Positions 59,001 to 64,000 of a DNA stretch of 64,000 nt are shown here, piece by piece. Below the pieces are notes generated by a model. The model saw only the letters and a list, made by a program, of their open reading frames with translations, ran no database searches and was not told the origin of the DNA. The DNA lies in the NCBI GenBank assembly GCA_025594325.1, contig JANHCV010000006.1:1550001-1614000 (forward strand), given 5' to 3'. A program made the translations under genes and the position numbers. How positions within the stretch are numbered: the stretch's first letter is position 1; the number at the start of each line of letters is the position of its first letter. The DNA is from Blastocladiella emersonii ATCC 22665. Its lineage: Eukaryota > Fungi > Blastocladiomycota.

Positions 59001-60485
59001 CCATGCGCGAGTACTTTTTCCTCGGACCCGGGCACGTCGCCAAACTTGCGCGGGTCGGGCATGTGCGGGCCGGCGATTTTGGGCACGACCTCGACGATGT
59101 TCTTGCGCAGCTCGTGCGTCTTGGCCAGCGGGTGGTCGGCCATGAAGGACAGCCTCGTGCCGGGCGGCATGTCGGCAGCTGGTCCGAGTTCTGCTTGCGC
59201 GGGCACGACGCGCCCGCCGTTGACGAGGACCTCGCGCATTTTCGGCGGCATGTTGACGCGCGACCACGAGGAGATAAACTCGTACCACGACAGGTTCTCG
59301 AGCTCGGGCGGGCGGAACACGTAGTCGTGCAGCGCGACGTTGAGCATCGGCTTGCCGTCGACGCTGATGGTGCTCGCGATGCACTCGACATCCTGCTCGG
59401 TCACCTCGCCAGCAGCGACGCCCGCGAGGTCGAGCCACCGCATCGCCTGGTACAGCAGCAGCGGCGCGAACTTGTGCGAGAAGATCCCGGCGGCCGCCGT
59501 GTGCAAGAACAGCGCGGTCATGGTCTCGGTCTCGGGAATCTCCATGGTGTTGCCCGACATGTGGTACGCGAGCGAGAGGAGCTTCTTGTGGCCGCGCGAG
59601 AACGCGTCGTCCTGCGCGTCGAAGCGCTCGAGGCGCGCCTTGAACGCGGCGACGATAGCGGCGTGGTTCTCAATGACCTCGCGCGCCTTGGTCGAGTACT
59701 TGGTCGCGTAGAAGGCCACGAGCGACGTGCCAAACGCCTTGAGGATGCGCAGGTCCACGTTCGAGTGAATGACCTCGCGCCAGAGCGTGCAGAACGTGTT
59801 GAGCCAGCAGCTGATCATGTCGCGCTGCGGCACGAATGTGCCCGGCGGCGAGGTAGACGATGTGGACGGACGCGCGTCAGGTGAAGCGCTGGCCGAAGCC
59901 GCGGTCGCGTCGCCGTCAACGTCCATGGCGTCAGAGGACGCGGTCGGTGAGCTACACGTCAACGTAGAACATGCAGAAACCGTACCCATCCTCAAAACCC
60001 GCAGTGCACGAGAAGAGGACCGAATCGCGCGGGAAACCGTAGCGGCACACTTTGCTGCCGCCGTCCTTGTCCTTGCTGCGACATTTCGTGCAGCTCGCGA
60101 GGTGGTGGTACAGGTGCGTCTGGTTGAGGCGCAGCACCGGCGTCGCCTCGTCGTCCTCCTCGACGACGGCCGTGCAGACCGCCGCACCGCAGATCACCAA
60201 CGCGTCGTCGTCGTCCTCGACCGCCGTGCAGCCCGCCGTTTCGCAAGTCGACGCGACCGTCGCCTCGTCGTCGTCGACCTCGACGCTCTCGACCGCCGTA
60301 CAGCCCGCCGGGCCGCCGGTCGGCTCGTCGGCTGCGTCGTCGGCCGCGTCGTCGTCGTCGTCGTCGACTTCAAGTGCGACAGTCGCGCTCGCGGCGCCCA
60401 TCATCGAGAAGGCGGGCACGACGGATCGCGAGGTCGCGTCGGCCACGGCCGTTCCTGCTGACGCGCCCAAGCGCACGGCCGCCAT
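56035..60485 (-). pseudogene. Helitron RepHel (partial HUH Rep + PIF1 helicase), disrupted
   Basis: Rep remnants HLYHHLASCTKC..CRYGFPR, NTF..HSNVDLRIL and FYATKYSTK. PIF1 motifs LTGSGGTSKS, AMTGIAAANIGGTTIH, IIDEFSM, PFGG..MLAGDHLQLPPV, AFAMTVHGVQG and LYVALSR. Lesions: frameshifts near 59015, 57380 and 56640, TGA at 58675-58677, and a Gly->Ser change in the P-loop. Confidence 0.85.
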
Positions 60486-60816
60486 GTCCGCCAAGGAGGG
60501 CGGTGACGTCGACGAGGACGAGTTTGAGGCGGTCCCCAAGCGCCGCCGCCGCCGCGGCGGCCGCAGTTAACTGAACGACGTCCGTGTTCCTCTCTCCACT
60601 TCCTCCGTTTCCCTCTTTTGTTGTTGCTGTCCTCTCATTCACAATATTTGATTTTTTTTTGTTACTATCACGATTGACTGCAGGCGAGAGAGCTTGGTGG
60701 TGGGAGACTCGGACGCGTTGGTTATATCCCGTGAAACGCGTGAAACACGTGCGTGACGCACGTGGGCCAGGGAGACACGTCAGATCCCAAGGGCGCGCGT
60801 CGGCTAGGCAAAAACA

Positions 60817-60832
60817 GAGGGTTTTAGCCCTC
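60817..60832. repeat. Putative 5' terminal inverted repeat of the Helitron
   Basis: GAGGGTTTTAGCCCTC; its reverse complement GAGGGCTAAAACCCTC matches GAGGGCTAAAGCCCTC at 55871-55886 at 15/16 positions. Confidence 0.7.
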
Positions 60833-61179
60833 GACAAGTAGCAGCCAGCTGTTTTGCACAGCGCCGCGAAGCAGTGCGACGCGCTGGAGCGTGACCACGG
60901 AACACTTCTGCGCAATCGCGATAATCGCCTGGATTCGTGCCTCCGTGAGCTGCTTAGCGGCATCAACGTCATCCACGCTCAATTTATTATCATCTTCATC
61001 CAACGGCGAGTGGCAGTTGCAGTCGCGAGGCGAGTGCATCACGCGCAAAACGCTTGGGCCAACTCGTGTACATCGGACGGCACAATAGTTAACCGAATCA
61101 ACAATTAGTTTGCTCGAAATTTTGAATTTATGTCGAACTGATGAACGAGCAATCACAGAAGGCATCGCCTCGACGCCAA

Positions 61180-63270
61180 CTACACGTCCCAAGCATCATG
61201 TTCGCCAGCAACTTCAATCTCCACCGCAAAGTTTGTTGCGGGATCACAAGCCCAGGCACAAATGTGTTCCACGCTGCGCGCCACAGCCCGAGAATCTCGT
61301 CTCACGTTCGCCGTGAGGTGCCCAATAATCCGCGACGGTCGAGCCGTGAATGGGAGCTTGGTCAGCGCCAGCCAACTCAGCGGGAGAGGAAGCGGGAAGT
61401 GCAGCGTCCAAGGTCCCGCTGGAGAGTGATCCGACGTGATTGGGCCAACCTTGATGGACTCGCTGAAGTGAAGCTCGACCAGCCGTCGCGAGCGGGCAAG
61501 CGTTCTCAGTGACGCGGGCACGACAGCCGAATATTCGTCGTCCTCTGGAAAAAGAATTGGACTGCTCAAGGACAGCGACTTGAGCCACGGCAAAGCAGAA
61601 GGAAGCGCTATTTCCCAAGGCTTGGCGCATCCACACCGAAACGGGCTGATCAGCGGGTTGGGGCAGTTGAAGTGAACATTAGGCGGATGGTGAAGTTTGA
61701 GCTGAACAAGAGAAGCGCATGATTCTAGTAACGCAAGCAAGTCATCCGTCCTTGGCTGCAACTCCAGAGTTTCGATCTGAGCGAGAACATGCGCTGGCCC
61801 ATCGATGGCAAGCAGATTTTTCTTGACATGAACATTGCGAAGCCGGGAGACGGAGTCAGGAAGCGTTATGCACGGGCGATCGCCGAAAGCGCGCGCAATA
61901 TCGCCGCTGAGCCAAGCTGGCCACGTACTAACGAGCGGTACTTCTTTCTGTCGCGGATTCCTGGCCAATTTCGCCTCAATGCAGAGCGTGCAGAGGCTTG
62001 GCATGACGAAAACTCGAAGCATAGCTGCCGCAATTTCTGTTGGAACGGCAAGCGTGACCAGGCAGCCCAGCGTGCGCCCAGGCGAGGGCTGATTGATTTG
62101 GGATGGAGGCACATGAGTAGCGGCCTCCGCAAGGGCGCAGGTCAACGCCATACATGGCTCATGGAGCTTGAGTTCCGTCAGGTTGTGGAAACTCGAAAGC
62201 TTGAACAGGGAGGTGGTCATGCTCGCTTGAGGGCAAGCCGCCAGGGTGAGCGACTTGAGACGCGGAAAACGTTGGTCGGCGACTGCAACCTGGACGTGAC
62301 ACCCGTCAAGAGCGCGAACCTGAGAGTTCGGATCTGGGCCCAAGTGCCCGATAATGGACGTGGCCGAGTCAATATTCAGCGTGAGCGAAGTGAGCTGGAG
62401 GGGAAGCGTCCGCGGCAAGAGCTTGAGCTGATCGGGAGAGATCGACGTGACAACACCACTACGAGGTGAATTCTTAAACCAGTCGTAAGTTGCACCGACG
62501 TCCAGCGTTTTGATTGTGGAATAGGCGGTGAGAAGTGTCCGCATCGTCGCCACGTCCAGATCGAACACGCGCAGTGTGAGGTGCTGAATGACTGGTAGCA
62601 TGAGCGAAAGGTCACGGGCAATGCACAGACGACGAAGGTCGTGCCGCTCCTCGGTCAATCGACACGCAATACCGTCCTTAAGAGTGACTGTGCTTGCTTG
62701 GGAGAAGGTGGAATCGCCGAGCACTGCCAAATCGGTTGCACAGCGCAGTTCCACATCGATCGAGGTGACGCGATCAGCAACGATCCCAAGAAGCTTGCGT
62801 AAGGCCGCCGTCGAGTTATAGCGCTGAAGCATGAAGTGTTCGAGTCGGGTCGCCCGTTGCAGCAGGGAGCACAGCGCAGGGACTGCAGGATAAGACCGAT
62901 AATCCCCACCTTTCGAGACCATGCAGTCGCGGAAGGCCGTGACGGATTGAACGAGCGCAGCATTGAGAGCGAATCCGCGTGATTGAAGGGAGCCGTCCTG
63001 GCCCTTGTTGAGGTATAAACCAGTTCGCGTAAGTGTAAAGATCTTTGAACGAAGCCCGCCTTCCTTGGTCAATACGCAATCTTCGAGTCGGACGTGCTTA
63101 GCAATCTCGGGCATGACGAGATGGAACAGTTCGCGGTGCGCGCGGGCCAAGGCGAGGAGCGATGCATAGTCCTTAGCGCGGCCTCGGTCCGCACGACCAG
63201 TGCAACGGATAATGATTCGCAAGATCTCTGTGGGAAGTTTGCATAGAGTGGGAGCCTGCATTTGATCCAT
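61180..63270 (-). CDS. F-box/LRR-like family member, intact, 696 aa
   Basis: PTLCKLPTEILRIII...SLLALARAHRELFHL; C-terminus PWTLHFPLPLPLSWLAL...RPSRIIGH...EVAGEHDAWDV; closest to the 53543-55651 copy. Confidence 0.75.
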   Translation of the reverse strand: MDQMQAPTLCKLPTEILRIIIRCTGRADRGRAKDYASLLALARAHRELFHLVMPEIAKHVRLEDCVLTKEGGLRSKIFTLTRTGLYLNKGQDGSLQSRGFALNAALVQSVTAFRDCMVSKGGDYRSYPAVPALCSLLQRATRLEHFMLQRYNSTAALRKLLGIVADRVTSIDVELRCATDLAVLGDSTFSQASTVTLKDGIACRLTEERHDLRRLCIARDLSLMLPVIQHLTLRVFDLDVATMRTLLTAYSTIKTLDVGATYDWFKNSPRSGVVTSISPDQLKLLPRTLPLQLTSLTLNIDSATSIIGHLGPDPNSQVRALDGCHVQVAVADQRFPRLKSLTLAACPQASMTTSLFKLSSFHNLTELKLHEPCMALTCALAEAATHVPPSQINQPSPGRTLGCLVTLAVPTEIAAAMLRVFVMPSLCTLCIEAKLARNPRQKEVPLVSTWPAWLSGDIARAFGDRPCITLPDSVSRLRNVHVKKNLLAIDGPAHVLAQIETLELQPRTDDLLALLESCASLVQLKLHHPPNVHFNCPNPLISPFRCGCAKPWEIALPSALPWLKSLSLSSPILFPEDDEYSAVVPASLRTLARSRRLVELHFSESIKVGPITSDHSPAGPWTLHFPLPLPLSWLALTKLPFTARPSRIIGHLTANVRRDSRAVARSVEHICAWACDPATNFAVEIEVAGEHDAWDV

Positions 63271-63390
63271 GTTGATACATTCGTGTCGAGGTCTCGAGAG
63301 CGAGGACGTTGAGCTGGGCGGTCAGGCGAGATAGCCTGGTTCTAGTGACTCGCTCCTGCCGCGTCCATCACACAACGGATCAATCAATAT

Positions 63391-64000
63391 TCATCGCGAC
63401 AAAACCGCCGACAGCACCGCGGCCTCCTGCCCCTTCTGCGCCGAGTACAGCGTCATGGCGAGGCACCGGAGGACCTTGACGAGGTCCGCGTCGCGGTCGT
63501 CGTCGCGCCACTCTACACACTTCGGTCAGTCTTCGCCCCGCACCGTCAAAAACAACCCATCGCCGTACCGTTGACCCAGTGCCCAATAAGCTGCAGATGC
63601 GCGCCGACCTCGCGCACCACGACCGCGGGCCGGTCGGCGTTGGCCTCGAGGACGACGAGGTACGCGAACAGGAGCGCGCGGCGCGCGACGGCCGAGTGCG
63701 CGGCGGGCATCAGGCTGAGCGCCCAGTCCCATACGTCGCGGACGAGGGTCCATGTTTCGGGAAGGTGGACTACAGGTCCGTTCGTATCAGTTAGATCGCG
63801 GGCGTGATGTGAGCCGATCCACGCAAACGGACGTACCGGTTGTGTACATCACGTTCGCGAGCGCGACGAGCCGCTGCTCGAACACCATCTCGTCCGAGTC
63901 AGCCGTCGCGAGGCCGAGGAGCGGGTAGACGAAGTGCGCGGCGATCCCGGCCATGCGGTTCGCGCGGCCGGCGGGCGGGCGCGAGGGGGTGAGGCGGCGC
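63391..64000 (-). CDS. TEL2: 3' part of Tel2/TELO2 (TTT complex) homologue: exons >64000-63837, 63769-63569, 63512-63391; gene starts beyond the window
   Basis: Spliced translation NRMAGIAAHFVYPLL...RLVALANVM...VARRALLFAYLVVL...HWVNEWRDDDRDADL resembles the TELO2 C-terminus (NRF..AGHFFFPLL...VRQGLL...WL.DVAEKDPD); two GT-AG introns in frame. Confidence 0.65.

Larger units (their letters stand above)
55843..60835 (-). mobile_element. Decayed Helitron (rolling-circle transposon), probably Helitron2-type; exact ends uncertain
   Basis: RepHel coding remnants at 56035-60485 are bounded by a 16-bp inverted repeat (55871-55886 vs 60817-60832, 1 mismatch, each self-palindromic), with a second hairpin at 55845-55859 next to CTAG (55843-55846). 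Confidence 0.75.

Noticed and set aside
60824-61192. 122-aa ORF as a missing 5' Rep exon of the Helitron
   Set aside because: No HUH motif; it lies outside the putative terminal repeat and overlaps the end of the F-box gene.

Overview
GC-rich eukaryotic genomic DNA with compact genes and short spliceosomal introns (mostly 53-67 nt, donors GTACGT/GTGCGT, branch CTGAC/CTAAC, acceptors YAG). A fungal-type P5C reductase and Vts1, together with a nephrocystin-1 homologue and a Kv channel, point to a flagellated (zoosporic) fungus. Blastocladiomycota or a chytrid is my inference and is not proven. Housekeeping genes: PHS1 (3' end), kinesin-5, OMA1, PRO3, VTS1, CDC48, a FAM135-like hydrolase, an ER thioredoxin, a Qc-SNARE, NPHP1, a Kv channel, a J-protein and TEL2 (3' end). 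The standout is a 4.1-kb intron-containing arsenic-detoxification cluster at 15835-19975. It holds an ArsJ-associated-type GAPDH, an ArsJ organoarsenical efflux permease and an ArsM As(III) methyltransferase, i.e. the bacterial GAPDH/ArsJ arsenate system in eukaryotic gene form, head-to-head with arsM. Accessory content includes three MATE paralogues (one with a GA splice donor) and two divergently transcribed secreted 8-Cys CX3C peptides. It also includes a small family with a predicted catalytically dead Ulp1-like fold and a birth-and-death family of F-box/LRR-like genes (5 close copies, 2 of them broken, plus 2 distant relatives). A decayed ~5-kb Helitron with Helitron2-like asymmetric terminal repeats is inserted in that array. 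Gene models were spliced by hand and checked for frame. Family assignments come from remembered motifs; no database searches were run.
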